The notes below the pieces were generated by a model. The model was given only the letters and a program-made list of their open reading frames with translations, made no database searches and was not told the DNA's origin. From Felis catus (taxonomy: Eukaryota), in the NCBI RefSeq assembly GCF_018350175.1, contig NC_058368.1, forward strand, positions 221,156,001 to 221,220,000: a stretch of 64,000 nt of DNA. The letters are read 5' to 3'. The translations under genes were made by a program, and so were the position numbers. Each line of letters opens with the position of its first letter. Within the stretch, counting starts at the first letter, position 1. Shown here in pieces: positions 1 through 12,155 of the stretch.

Positions 1-789
1 GTGTACCCTATTCTACACCCCATGCTTGGGACAAATAACCTTTCTTTCCACTCCACAGGGAGTACTATACTTCTCCAATTTAGTTCAAATATCTTTTTAG
101 CAACCACTTTTCCTTCCTCCAGAATGGTGATTTCGTACCATATGCTTTGATACAAGCTTCTATAAAGATTTTTAAGGAACACAGATTTGTTTTATTGTGT
201 ACCTTTGATTTAGTTGCTCCCTTAACTGTTCTGTAACAAGCCTGTGTTGCATAGTTCGTCAACAGTTCAAGAGAAGAATGGTACAGAACTTAGGCACTCG
301 GCTACACTTCTTTGCCACATAAATTAAGGTTGATACTCAAATATATGGTGGATACTTACTGTATGTTGTTGGACTAAAAATAGACTATCACTTTTGACTT
401 CATAATACTTCCTGCTATTTAATCACAAAATCGTGGGTGGTAGGATCTCCTGAAAAAACAATAGGCTACCAAAGAGCAAATATTTGCCCCTATGTCTACA
501 TATCTGAATTGTTTTCTTAAAATAATAGATGAGAAAAATAATATTATATGTTAAATGGATTTCAGTATCTCAGTAGCATTTTAAAATGCTGTTTATTTTT
601 CAAATGCTTCTGAAAAATGGGTATCATAAAAAAAAAACTAATTCACTTTTCCTCTTTATTTTTTCCCTAATAACTTTCTCCTTAGTTACCTAAAGCATCC
701 AGTGATGGGGATGTGGGGGGGGGTATAGATTTTATAGACTCATGGATAATTTTACTGAAAAATAGTTTTGAAAATAGTCCAAATGTTAA

Positions 790-1135
790 TTTGTGTCACG
801 AACTCTTCTGCAAGTAGTGGATAAACATAAGAAAAATACCATTAAAAACTAATAACCACTTTGGTGCTTTACATTCTAGTTAAGAGAAAAAAAACCAAGC
901 AATTAAATTATATAAATATTAATTTATATTAAAAGGATTGATACATCTGATTATAAAAAATCATAAATGCTGTACAGAAAATAAGCCAGGAGGAGGGATA
1001 GAAAGTTTCTGTGCTGTGGAGGAAAGGAGAAATAGTATTTTGCCAGTTTTAAACACATATTTAGAGAAGGAAGTCCCAATAAAATAACATTTTGAAAGAA
1101 TTAAAGGAGACGTGGGAGCAAGTCATGAAGGGGCA
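790..1135 (-). mobile_element. LINE-2 (L2) 3' fragment, ancient and degenerate
   Basis: Resembles reverse-strand L2 3' end (gctttacattctagt...gagaaaa...taaatgctgtacagaaaataag...ttttgaaagaattaaagga); boundaries approximate. Confidence 0.5.
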
Positions 1136-2288
1136 CATGCAGACTTATGTATGTACGTCAGAAATAGATGTTCATCTTCAGACAATTTACTGAATGATTG
1201 TTGAAGTAATTAGCAGAACAACACAAGAACTAAATTTGGAAATACAAGAGAAACAAAGTTTAGACAAACAGCCACTAAGAATATATTGGAAATTATGGAA
1301 AAGAAAAAAAAAAACACAAACACCGAGAATGAATCTTTTAAACCTTTTCAATGGAAAGTATCTGGCTTGAAATGGAAGGGGACCCATGGCTTTCTGGCAC
1401 CAAAGAAATATTGAAGGAGAGATTATTCCACAAAGAAAGACAGAATCTAATAGTTGTTTAATAAAAGCCACTTAAATTTATTACAGGTATATTATTATTT
1501 ATTTTTTTTATTGGTTTATTACAGGCCAGACACTGTTCTAAGCATTTATAAATAGAATTTACAAATAGTAACTTGAATCCATGCTGGATTCAAATCTAGA
1601 CAATCCAACAAATGTCTATGCTTGTAACTTCTACAGTTTGGTGCCACATTAAGACCTGTAACTCCAGGAACCCAAGCTATCAAGGCAACCCAGCAAGCCC
1701 ACTGGGGTAGACACTACTCTGGTAAATGTGTGGTAAATGATGCATTGCATTCTATTTTGATGATATAAAAATTTGTTGTTTTTTTTTTTTTTTTTGACTC
1801 TGAGTTTACATGTTCTTGGAAAAGTGATGAAACATAATGTTAAATTTATTTTGACCTGTGTGACTTTGTCATAATCTTTCCTTGGTAATTTAAAATGTGT
1901 ATGACAAAGTTTTTTTTATGACTTTTGAACCATGAACTACAAATATTTATTTACTTTAAAATAGCATAGAAATCCCAGATGATTTAGAAACTAGCTATTA
2001 CACCTAAATAATCTGCGTGTCCCCCAATATGTTGGCTGCATAGCTGTCTGTGATAGGATCTATGAGAGTAGTGCCTGTAAAAGATGCTTTTACAAGAAAG
2101 TGAGGAGAGGAGGCCACATCATTGAAACCGTACCAAGGCAATAAGATCAGGAGAAGTTGTGGAAATCCTGAGAATGGTTTTGGAATAAGATAAAAAGTCA
2201 TAAAGAAGCTCACAGTGGTAGTAAGAGTCTGTTGCAAAGCAGGTTGCATATAAATGTACGAGGGATATGATCAAGAAATGGTGATGGA

Positions 2289-2510
2289 GGGGCGCCTGGG
2301 TGGCGCAGTCGGTTAAGCGTCCGACTTCAGCCAGGTCACGATCTCGTGGTCCGTGAGTTCGAGCCCCGCGTCGGGCTCTGGGCTGATGGCTCGGAGCCTG
2401 GAGCCTGTTTCCGACTCTGTGTCTCCCTCTCTCTCTGCCCCTCCCCCGTTCATGCTCTGTCTCTCTCTGTCCCAAAAATAAATAAAAAACGTTGAAAAAA
2501 AATTAAAAAA
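2289..2510 (+). mobile_element. Young felid CanSINE (SINEC_Fc-type)
   Basis: GGGGCGCCTGGGTGGCGCAGTCGG head with A/B boxes (GAGTTCGAGCCC), (CT)n tract, A tail; perfect 16-bp TSD AAGAAATGGTGATGGA at 2273-2288 and 2511-2526; CpGs retained. Confidence 0.97.
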
Positions 2511-4454
2511 AAGAAATGGTGATGGAAATTTTCTGACCAGAGACTATGAAACAGAGTACATTGCTGCCAGGCTTCTAGAATTGCCGGAAATGGTTGGATC
2601 CCAACTTAATTACTTGGGTACTCTAAAGTCTCTGTAAGATACAGCCAGAGTATGAAAACAATGGAAATTAGTAAAACATTTCACATGTCTTCCCACCCCA
2701 AGCACCATAGCTAAATACTGAGACTTTTACGGGGTGAAAAGAAGTCATGCTGTGTCCTCATTCTGAACGAACCAGACATCAGATTTACGACAGATACAAA
2801 TGATAACCTTTCTTATGTTCTTACCTTCCTCCAGTTTTCCAAGAACTGTATCTTTATGGGATCCAAAGATCAGATAATCAATTTACTTTGATGCTTCTCA
2901 TAAGGTAGTTCCTTTAATAGGATGTATAGTAATTCAGTTTGAAAAGCCCTTGTACTTGCCTCTAATTACCTGCATTATCACAAGTGTGTCTTTTAACCAT
3001 ATCTACCTATATTTTCACAATGGGCATTTATTAATATTATATTATATATCCTAATAATACATATTATTTAAGATTAGTTGTGGCCAGTGCCTTCAAATGA
3101 TTTTTCCTAAGTATTCTTTTCATGGTTGCATGGATCGCAATGTCACAGGTTGTATTTACAATAAGACTTACATATGTAATGACAATATCATGTCTGTTTT
3201 CAGAACTGTTAATGACATTGGTCCTGAGCAGCCTCTTCTCCAGTTTAAAATTTTGTGAGTTCCCAAAATTTAAGACACGTGTAGAAATACATATCCGTAT
3301 CTTTGGAGTATTGTTAAGTCTTTCACATCCCTCCCTGGGCTTCCCTTTAAGATAAAAGGGGCTCACATGATCTTGTAGAGTTGGGAGCAACAGGGCTTCT
3401 TGGAACAGTGATGACCCTATATTGTGGTGTGATTGGCATGTCCTGAGTTATGTTGAGTCCAGTTGCTTCTGGGAGTAGACTTGTTACATAGTGTTGATAT
3501 GTGGGGCTAATAAATATGTCGCCTATTCTCTGTTCATCGAGGTCCTTCCTTTGTTAACCATGCTGCTTCAACCTCATCATTCTTCTGAGGCTGCACATGT
3601 TGAGTGGGGCCACCTTGTTGCCTCTTTGAGTGCCCCAGAGCACTGAGTAAATCCTCTTTCCCTTGGTGTGTTTAGCTCTACCCATTCAGTGACCCTTTTC
3701 CTATATTCTCCATAGCCAGACTTCACTGCCAAATGGAAGCTGCTACTTAAATGGTGGACAGACATGAGGTCCTCGGAAATAATAAATTATTTGTACATAA
3801 CACAAATAACTTCATAACCCTGTTAATTGAATTCATATTTACAAAGTTTCCTCCACCTTTTCCAGCTTAATAATTCTTTCCCCATGCGTGAATAGCCTAT
3901 TAACACAGTGAATGTTCAGAGATTTTCAGTGAACATTTTTAAGGAATGTTTAGATGAAGAGTGGTAGGCTCCTATAACGTTTCACTGCATATGATGAAGC
4001 AGATGGAGAAATTCATTTCTTTAAGCATGATATTTATTCCATCTTTCTATGTTATTTGAAATCCATTCTTCCTCTTGCCCCTTGGGGATGCCTGTCATCG
4101 AAGCACATGTTTGAAACTAGATAGAAAGCATATGTCCTGTGGGTCCCATGGGTCTGACAGAAGGGGTGAAATATAGGTTAGCTGCATCTTTGATTGTGCA
4201 GAAGGGAGTTTCCTTTTTGCAACTGACATTCCTTCCATAGTGCAGGATGCTGCGTTGTAGCCTTCTGGTAGTTTAATTATCATTGCATTTCATTTCATAA
4301 CTAGATGGGCCTTCTTAAAGCTCAAGAATATTGAAACTTGGCATAAATGTCTCTGGGGTGTAATTATACCTTAAATCGAATTCTTCGGCCTCTCCTTGTG
4401 TTTCAGAGCAGCAGTAGGTAGCTCGAGTGATAAATTTATCCTGACCATATATAT

Positions 4455-4810
4455 CTTACAAAGCTCTTCATGATCCTATTTTTGTTTTGCAGCTTTATTT
4501 AGAGCCACTCATGCCCCTGTACTCTGTGCTAATGCATACGTACTACAAAACTTCCAGTTTCTCAGCTACAGCCCCACTCACAGGGCTTTAACATGGCCTA
4601 CTCAGCCCGGAACTCCTGTCCCCTGCTGTCCATGTGCACACGCCTTCCCTTCCTGGGCCATCTCCCTGCTCACTTCTCAGATGACACTCTGTTCTTTGTG
4701 TCTCTCTCCTCTCCAGAATCTGTGGCAGATTCATTTGTTTGGCCGTCTCACCACATTGGATTGTAGGCTGTTTATTTGTCGGTATCTGGTATTAAACTGC
4801 AGGTTTCATG
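4455..4810 (+). mobile_element. L2 fragment (degenerate)
   Basis: Pyrimidine-rich L2-like sequence (cagggctttaacatggcc...cagatgacactc...tttatttgtc...aaactgcaggtt); boundaries approximate. Confidence 0.4.
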
Positions 4811-5359
4811 GTCCCCTGGCCTCATCTCAAGCCCTGGCTCCATGCCTCCCAATGGCCTATTGTCAATCTAGCGTGTTCCTGTTACACTGGCCTTTTTTCA
4901 GTTACTTGGTCTTTCCCCCCACCTAAGGTTTTTCCATATACTTTACCATCTTTAAAGCAACAGCTTTATCCCCTTTCATCCATAATGACTTTGCAAAATT
5001 TTACCCGACTTTCAGATCACCTCAATGGGTACTTCTTTGGGGAAAAATTAAGGTTAAAAAAAAAGAATTTGATTTAGATGAGGTGAGCCTAAATCAGAAG
5101 CAACAATTATATTGCATTCGATGTTTGGCTTATAATTTGGGTTTTGAGGGATGATTATCAGTGACTTAAGGACCTAGAAGAAGTAAATTAGTTTCAAAAG
5201 TATATTAAATACACCATGGTACTTGAAGAGGGGTTCAAAATTCAATCACATAAAATTAGTCATTGCAGCACTGCAAGGCAATGAGATAATGGAAAATAGG
5301 AGTAAACATCAGTCGCATTATATGCAGAGCTGTGTTATCAAGGGATATATTATCATGCT

Positions 5360-6204
5360 GAGTCACTCCAATAGACTAGGATAAATCTGGAGTTCATTAA
5401 GAGATAGCAGAAATCTGTGTTAAGCAGAAAGTTAATTTAAAAAAAAAAGTTTATTTATTTTGAGAGAGAGAGAGTGTAGCAGGGGCGGGGCAGAGGGAGA
5501 GAGAGAGGGAGGGAGAGAGGGAATCCCAAGCAGGCTCCATGCTTAGCATAGAGCCCAGTACAGGGGCTCCATACAAGATCATGGACTGAGCCAAAATCGA
5601 GAGTCGGACGCTTAGCTGACTGAGTCACCCAGGCACCTCAGAAAGTTAATTTTTATAAAGAGGTATGTGTTTGACAATATGTTAGCTAGGGTGGGAGGAG
5701 TCAGTACTATCTGGACTTCCTGGAAAGAGATCTGAACACCATCAAAGGGATGGCCAAAGGATTTTCTCGCTTAGGACAGGAAGGAGGTTGGGGGAACAGG
5801 AACTGACAGCTCTGAGATAATTCCATCTTAATCAAAATCCACGGATCAAAAATCCCCACAGCACAGCTAGCTGCACATGACCTTCATTACGGCCCAGGTA
5901 TCAGGAAGAGGCAGCCAGGAAGCAGGGCTTAGAGCCACAGCCTCCTTCCAGATCTACACTGGTAAGGTGGTAAGGTAACCTGGGTGACTTCATCATCCAC
6001 TCCCTTCCCACTTAACGTCATGCCCCGATAAATCCAAATATCTCAAGACACATCTCACTGGCAGAAAACAAATCACGTGAAGTCCTAGCTTGACAAAATG
6101 TGGAAAGCAAATTTTACTTTCTGGCATCTGCCAGACTTACAGCAACACAAGAAGGAAGTTGCTTAACAGTTGCTCAGTGAACCAGTACACTTTACAGACT
6201 CATA
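5360..6204 (-). mobile_element. Ancient LTR (MaLR/ERVL-type) remnant interrupted by a SINE
   Basis: Terminal motif aaatcacgtgaagtcctagcttg...ctttctggcatctgcc...tcagtgaaccagtacac resembles reverse-strand old MLT/ERVL LTRs; family uncertain. Confidence 0.35.
5439..5638 (-). mobile_element. CanSINE
   Basis: Reverse SINEC body; 14-bp TSD CAGAAAGTTAATTT at 5425-5438 and 5639-5652. Confidence 0.93.
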
Positions 6205-6433
6205 TTTAGCATTAAAAGATGTTTTCCAAACACTAATTTGAACCATTCATAATTGCTGTTTTGTGGAGCAAAAATGAGTGGACATTGGCAATTTTTTTTA
6301 TTCAAACTATATGCATATAAATATCACTTATGAAATTAAAAGAAACATTGGTTATTAGTAATAAAATGTCATTTGTAAATTTAGAATGTACACTCTGAAC
6401 ATATATACTATTGCTCATAAAGAAAGAATATTT

Positions 6434-6664
6434 TTATTTATTTATTTATTTATTTATTTAATTTATATTTTAACATTTATTTATTTTTGAGACAGAGCAT
6501 GAATGGGGGAGGGTCAGAGAGAGAGGGAGACACAGAATCTGAAACAGGCTCCAGGCTCTGAGCTGTCAGCATAGAGGCCAACGTGGGGCTCAGACTCACA
6601 AACTGCGAGATCATGACCTGAGCTGAAGTCGGACCCTTAACCGACTGAGCCACCCAGGTGCCCC
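6434..6664 (-). mobile_element. CanSINE (felid type)
   Basis: Reverse SINEC body with (TTTA)n tail; TSD AAGAAAGAATATTT at 6420-6433 and 6665-6678. Confidence 0.95.
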
Positions 6665-6709
6665 AAGAAAGAATATTTAGACAGGTATGAATAGATCAAA
6701 ATGTTATTA

Positions 6710-7207
6710 TGTTTTGATTGCCTTCTTTTCACCTCAGTGGAGGAGGGATTCCGCCCCAGGGTTACAGCAATCTCTGAACACACAACACCCGACAGCCGGG
6801 CATACAAGATCAATAACACTTTATCCGGTACATGTGCTCACAGTCTCGGGGGGAAGGACGCTGTGCCATGCAGGGCCACATGGGGATTGTACTTGGGAAA
6901 AGGGAACAAGCAGGGGCTGTGGGAGGCAGGCTTGGTAATAACAAGGGGATTAGATGATCTCTTATTCCTGCAGGAGGATTTGATTGACTTTTATGAAACA
7001 TTCTGTGGGCTATTGGAAACTGACCTTTGCTCCCTAGGGATGTTCAGGCACCATGCCTGGTTCCTCAGATTAGGCCAATTGGGGGACCTTATTCGTGGGC
7101 ACACCATGGGGAGGGGAACATACCATTAAGACATTCAAGCCCCTCTTGGTTTCCCCAAGATGCTAAGGCACACACTACCAGGACTTAATTTTAGGCCTTT
7201 TACCATA
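6710..7207 (-). mobile_element. ERVL solo LTR (MER88/MER70-group-like)
   Basis: Minus strand begins ~TATGGTAAAAGGCCTAAAATTAAG and ends ...GAAGGCAATCAAAACA; internal CAGGGCCACATGGG motif shared with the LTR at 14358; family from recall. Confidence 0.7.
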
Positions 7208-7349
7208 GACGGTGATATGTTTGCATATCACATAATGTGAAGCTAATGGTATTTTTAAATAAGAAGATAATGGTATTTTTAAATATGACAAAGTAAGTTT
7301 CAAATTTGTGGATTCAAATCTTGTGGAGGATCTTGTACTCCTCCAAGTT

Positions 7350-7460
7350 TTAAGTTTAAATGAACACTAAATGAAGCTATACATTTAGTTTCTTTCTCAT
7401 GAGCCACATTTTACATGTTCAATAGCCACATGCACGTGGTTAGTGACTATCATGTAGACT
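7350..7460. mobile_element. hAT-Charlie MITE fragment (MER3/MER33-like)
   Basis: gagccacattttacatgttcaatagccacatg...gtggttagtgactatcat matches the MER3/MER33/Charlie1 terminal motif. Confidence 0.55.
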
Positions 7461-7859
7461 CCCACTGAAAGGAAGAAATGGACACTCAAATAGTTAAGTT
7501 TCTAGCCTAGGAAATGCAGAGATTACAGCTTGGTTCTAAACCTGCTTACATTATCAAATATTGGTATTTCTGGTTTGGATCTTATGGCTAGCTGGGCTAG
7601 AGATGGACAAAGTGATAATGTCACCACACAAGAGAATGCATTGGAGGAAACACTTGAGAGGGCTAAATTAAAATTATGCAGAAACAATTTAGATGAAGTG
7701 CGAAATTGAATCTTCTCTATTTAATTTAAAAAACTTATTCTAGTTTCAGTAATAAAGGCATCTTTGAAATAATGTGTGTTCCTAAACTGTAAACCTATTC
7801 TCAGTGCCAAGTACAGTGCCTAGCATATATTCATGTATACATGAGTGAAATTTATCATA

Positions 7860-8450
7860 TGTATTCATCCACTGATTCATTTGCTCATTTAACGGTTTTC
7901 AGGAATGTGGTCTAAGCACCAGTTTGGTTGCCTTGGGAGAGATTTGGACCAAACCTGGTCTGTTTCTGCACCCCCACCCTCTAGAGCTTATGTTGTGATT
8001 GAGAACAACAGAAGAAGTCAACAAATGAATTATGAATTTATAAGAAATGATTAGAAGTGAATAAAGTACAGTAAAATCAACAAGTTGCTGTAATAGGTAG
8101 TCTCTGAGTGTTCACTTCTAATTGGTGGTCAGGGAAACTGTCTCTGAGATGAAATCTTTGAAGCCAAGATGTGAATGACTGGGAGGAACTTGTGACGTGA
8201 TCACACGTAAGGGGACTTTACCAGGCAGAAGCAAGGAACCTGGAGAAACAAGCTTAGCATACTTTAAGGACAAAAGGGAATGCCAGGATAGCTGGAGTCA
8301 GTGAACAATGTGTGTGAGCAAGAGGATGAAGTTCGAGAGATTGTCAAGAACAAACTCTGCAGGTCTTGTTTGCATGCCAAGGAGCTGGGATCTTCTGTGT
8401 ATGCTCAGTGGCCATAAGAGTGTATTATGCAAGGGAATAGCATGATGATA
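7860..8450 (-). mobile_element. L2 3' fragment
   Basis: ttcatccactgattcatttgctcatttaac tail, then gtggtcagggaa...ctctgag...ccaggcagaag...gctggagtcagtga...gccaaggagctgggat L2 motifs. Confidence 0.7.
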
Positions 8451-8524
8451 AAACACAAAGTTCTTAACTTCTGAGGAAAACAGAGGAGGAAAATTTTATT
8501 TGCAGTACAGGGGTAAGGAACTGC

Positions 8525-9012
8525 TGATGTGCAGCTGCACCCAAACAGACTCTACGGCAAGAGGAGGTGATGGTCCAGCGAGGCCAAAGAAGTGGCCCAG
8601 AGACAGGGATAAAGGCACATTAGCTGGGGGAACTTATGTACAGGGAGTCCAGGAGCAGCAGACTGGACAAAGCATCTGCTGCTGGGATCTACATGCAGCG
8701 AGCTTTTATAGCACAGTGACTTAGCCTAGCAACTATCTGCAGCCTCTCCCTCCTTGCCATCCAGGGCTCCAAGGAGACAAAGGACTGCCATCTGTATACT
8801 CTTTGTTCCAGAGGAGACGCTCTGTGTTGGCCAACTGCAGAGTCACTGACATTGAACACTGAACAGTACTGTCTTCTACATATTCTGCTTGCTGGGAATG
8901 TAGAGGGAGGCAGGATCTTTTCAAGATAGTGATTAATAGGAACATTCAGGGTATGCTTGTGTAGGCTGACTCTCCGGCATGTACCATAAGCATTCCCTAG
9001 ATGGCCCATACA
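8525..9012 (-). repeat. 3' LTR of the class III provirus
   Basis: Minus strand TGTATGGG...GCACATCA (TG..CA); TATA-like GCTATAAAAG; preceded by PPT AGAGGGGCAGGTAAAGGA (9013-9030); aligns to 11447-11860. Confidence 0.88.
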
Positions 9013-9016
9013 TCCT

Positions 9017-9323
9017 TTACCTGCCCCTCTGCGGCAATGACCTCGGGGCCAGGCATGCTGAGACGCGCTGTGACCAGATCCCAGAGCAACAGCACAAGCC
9101 ACAGCATCCAAATAATAGAACACAAATGGCTAAGAAACTATAAAAAAGTATGTCTCCAGGGGAAGCCTGTGGTTTCCAGTTAGGGGACTTTACTACATAC
9201 CCAACAGTTAGTCTTATTCTGTACAGAAGCCACAGTCAGAGCCCAATGGGTACATAGGGATCCCATGCGGAATCTAAAGGCAAAAAGTAAGGTGTTTAGT
9301 AGGTGCCAGAAAAGGCAACTCAT
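9017..9323 (-). pseudogene. env: Internally deleted retroviral env relic (signal peptide + SU N-terminus fused to TM anchor/cytoplasmic tail)
   Basis: Hand translation MSCLFWHLLNTLLFAFRFRMGSLCTHWALTVASVQNKTNCWVCSKVP*LETTGFPW, then after a frame change ILFYSFLAICVLLFGCCGLCCCSGIWSQRVSACLAPRSLPQRGR*; CWVC (CxxC) at 9195-9206; lies between the pol stop and the PPT. Confidence 0.75.
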
Positions 9324-11446
9324 GATTGTCTAATAGAATGCAGGTGGTGTGGGGCACCCGGGTGGCTCAGTTGATTAAGCGTCCAACTCGGTTCAAGTCC
9401 TTATCTCACAGTTCGTGGGTTTGAGCCCCGCATCAGACTCTCTGCTAACAGCATAGAGTCTGCTTTGAATCCTCTATCTCCCTCTTTCTCTGCCTGCCCT
9501 GCTCTCATCCCTCCCTCAAAAATAAACATTGAAAAAAATGTTTTAAAAAAAAAAGGCAGGTAGGTGGTGTTGTTCTGAGATAACACTAACCCCACTGTGG
9601 CATGTCTCCAGGTTTATGGCACCAAATTGTTTGCCTCCCTCTTGTTATGAGGTGGGGCAAACCTGAAAAAGGTAGTGAAGGTATAACAATGCTCTGTAAG
9701 GTGATGATGATAGTGTCCTTTATTAATGAGAGACCTGGTACACGCACCTTCATTGTCTTTGGTGACGTGGGGTGGAGAAGTAGGGTGATGGTTAGGTCCT
9801 GCTTTATCCCTGTTCCCAACTGGGCTAAAAACCCAAACTACCATACACGTGTCTGCCATTCCCAGGGCATGTAGGTACATGTTCCTCTCTGGATAGATCT
9901 TGTGGCGAGGACAATAAAAGGTTACCCTGTCTCCCTACCTGCGACAAAGAACATCCTTCCTGCATGCTACCTACCTGTATTGTAAGGGTGATGGGTGCTG
10001 TGAGGTGCTTGAGTGAATAGACAATAGGCACTGGGCCAATTGGAATGTACATGTTCATTTAATATCCATAGAGCTGTTGACAGTCAATGTGTCTAAAAGG
10101 CCAGGAAACAGGTTTCTCATCAAAGCTATTGTTTCAACAATCCATTCCTGCGTTCTATCAAGTCAACTGCAGTGGGAATATATGGTGGATGGAAAGGCCA
10201 ATGGATGTCTTGACCTTTGGCCTTCTGTTGCATTTCATGTCCTGTAAAATGGGAGCCTAGGTTGCTGTCAGTATCAGAGGGTTGCATGTATACAGCACAC
10301 ACCTGTTCCAGACCACAATGGTGACTTTCTGCATAGCATGCTTATTGGGGTAGGTTTGCAAGGGCCCTGAATACGTTTCAGCACATGTCAGCATAACATC
10401 AGCCATCAGAGAGGAGCAAGGGACAGATGTAATCAGTCCACCATCTCTGAACTGGTGCTGCCTTCTTGCTCTCTGGTGTCTCTTGGCAAAGGTCATGGTC
10501 ATTCCTGGGCACAAGCTGGACATTGTTGGTCGACATTTACAATGTCTTTGGAATGCAGCAGTAAGCATCAGTTTTTAGCAATGGCCCACAAGGTCCATTG
10601 CCCTCGATTTCGCATCCTCTTGTGCAGCCAGGTGGCAGTGTCTTCTGCTGGCACATCTTCCAGGAGGCAGACAGAGGCCAGCTCATGAGCCTGTTGATTA
10701 ACAGGCGGGGAACATGCTACGTGTGCATCTGTATGGTAAACAGTGATGTCCATACCTTATCTGTGTTGGAGCATGTCCTTCCACACATTGTTGCCTTAGA
10801 GTGGGCACCCTGCAGCCATCCAGTCCCGTGCCTCCCATTAGAGAAGCCACATGGTCGGTCCTTTGTCGGCTGCCCAGCTATCTGTACATAAAACAATGGG
10901 ATCAAGCTCCTGGAGCAGGCAATACCATCCATGCTGCTCCCAGTTCAGCCCATTGAGTACTATGCCCAGTGCCAGAGTCTATCCAGATCATGTCAGTTGA
11001 GGGCTGGATGGCTGGCTCCTTGCTGACCCATTAGTCTGCCAGGGGCTGGGTCCTTTCCTTCCTGCCCAAAGAATGGCGGCTGCCGTGGCTCTGCTGCTTC
11101 AGTTAATGACTGTCTTTTAGAGGCGACGTGAGTCACTGGACCAAGAATGGAGTGTAACTCTAGAGTAAGGGGGCTATTTGTCAAGATAGTATGCCGTTAC
11201 AAGTCGGCATGGCATTTGGCTACAGTTTCGTTTTGGGCACTGCCTGACTGGGGTGTTTGCAGTGCATCCTTTAGCCTTCCTGCTAGAGGATCCTGAGTGC
11301 CAGCAGTCACTGGGACCCCTGGGGGGGGAGGTGTGTTCTACTTCCTGTAATGCATGATAAGTAGCACATTCTCTACCGCTGTGCTCATCTTATGTCCTTT
11401 CCACAGCTGTGACCAGAAACCTGACAGTACTTGTTTATGCCCTTGC
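9274..11446 (-). pseudogene. pol: Retroviral pol relic: RT connection, RNase H, integrase and C-terminal region; many stops/frameshifts; interrupted by a SINE
   Basis: Minus-frame motifs GFWSQLWKG; IWIDSGTGHSTQWAELGAAWMV; VLCTDSWAADKG; TVYHTDAH; WLHKR...CPACAQ (zinc-binding domain); TDSNLGSHFTG...IERRNGLLKQ (DDE core); ends VLSQNNTTCILLDNHELPFLAPTKHLTFCL* once the SINE is removed. Confidence 0.88.
9351..9554 (+). mobile_element. CanSINE inserted into the ERV pol 3' end
   Basis: SINEC head GGGGCACCCGGGTGGCTCAG; TSD core AGGTGGTGT at 9342-9350 and 9562-9570. Confidence 0.92.
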
Positions 11447-11860
11447 CGTGGCCCAGAGACAGTGATCAAGGCACATGTTCATTGGGAGAACTTACATATG
11501 GGGAGTCCAGGAACAGCAGAGTGGACAAAGCATCCTTTGCTGGGATGCAGCGAGCTTTTATAGCATACTGACTTAGCCTAGCAACTGTCTGCAGCCTCTC
11601 CCTCCTTGCATGGCCAGGGTTTCAAGGAGACCAAGGCCTGCCATCTGAACACTCTTTGTAACAGAGGAGACCCTCTGGGTTGGCCACCCCTGAGCCACTG
11701 ACCTTGAACACTAAACAGCATGTTCTTCTACATATTTGCTTGATTGGAATATAGAGAAGGACGATGGGATCTGTGTATTCTCGAGACGGTGATTACACAG
11801 GGATATTCAGGATATGCTTCTGCAAGCTGGCTGTCCAGTGTGTGGTATACAGATGGCATC
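11447..11860 (-). repeat. 5' LTR of the class III provirus, U5 end truncated
   Basis: Homologous to 8592-~9005 starting at GTGGCCCAGAGAC; about 65 bp of U5 and the PBS are missing; outer boundary uncertain. Confidence 0.82.
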
Positions 11861-12155
11861 CTAAAGAGTTAGGCATTGAGACTTGAAGAATGAGCAGTGT
11901 TTTGACAAATACATTTAAGACAGATTGTATAATGGTAGAGGAATGTCATGCTTAGAGTGTTGTATTTGCCTAGAGAGAATGCTGGAGAGTAAATCGAGTG
12001 TCTTATTGAACCTTCACTGATGTTGCTACATAGTGTACGTGTTCTCCTTCTCTTTTGCATACTCCACACACTGAATTCTGGACGTGAGAGGAAAATAATT
12101 CATGGCACCTCCATTTCTGTTTCTGTTCTCTGTTAGTCAGAAATAGTCAGAAATG

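Larger units (their letters stand above)
8525..11860 (-). mobile_element. Deleted class III endogenous retrovirus (ERV-L/ERV-S-like, LTR47-like LTRs) with two LTRs, pol relic and env relic
   Basis: Direct-repeat LTRs (8525-9012 and 11447-~11860), a polypurine tract abutting the 3' LTR, and RNase H, integrase and Env motifs in hand-translated minus frames. Confidence 0.88.

Noticed and set aside
2289..2370. tRNA-like A/B-box sequences (repeated in every SINE)
   Set aside because: tRNA-derived heads of CanSINEs, not tRNA genes.
3204..3254. 51-bp AG...GT candidate exon (TTTTCAG|...|GTGAGT)
   Set aside because: Peptide not recognised, the 3' half resembles a MIR-type tail, and no partner exons were found.
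6701..7129. 142-aa ORF
   Set aside because: Lies inside an ERVL solo LTR; no recognisable domain.
7212..7284. 8-bp hairpin (GTGATATG/CATATCAC) and 17-bp direct repeat TAATGGTATTTTTAAAT
   Set aside because: Short and AT-rich, next to degenerate transposon sequence; compatible with chance or local slippage.
8689..9123. 144-aa minus-strand ORF
   Set aside because: Mostly LTR sequence, and out of frame with the env tail relic.
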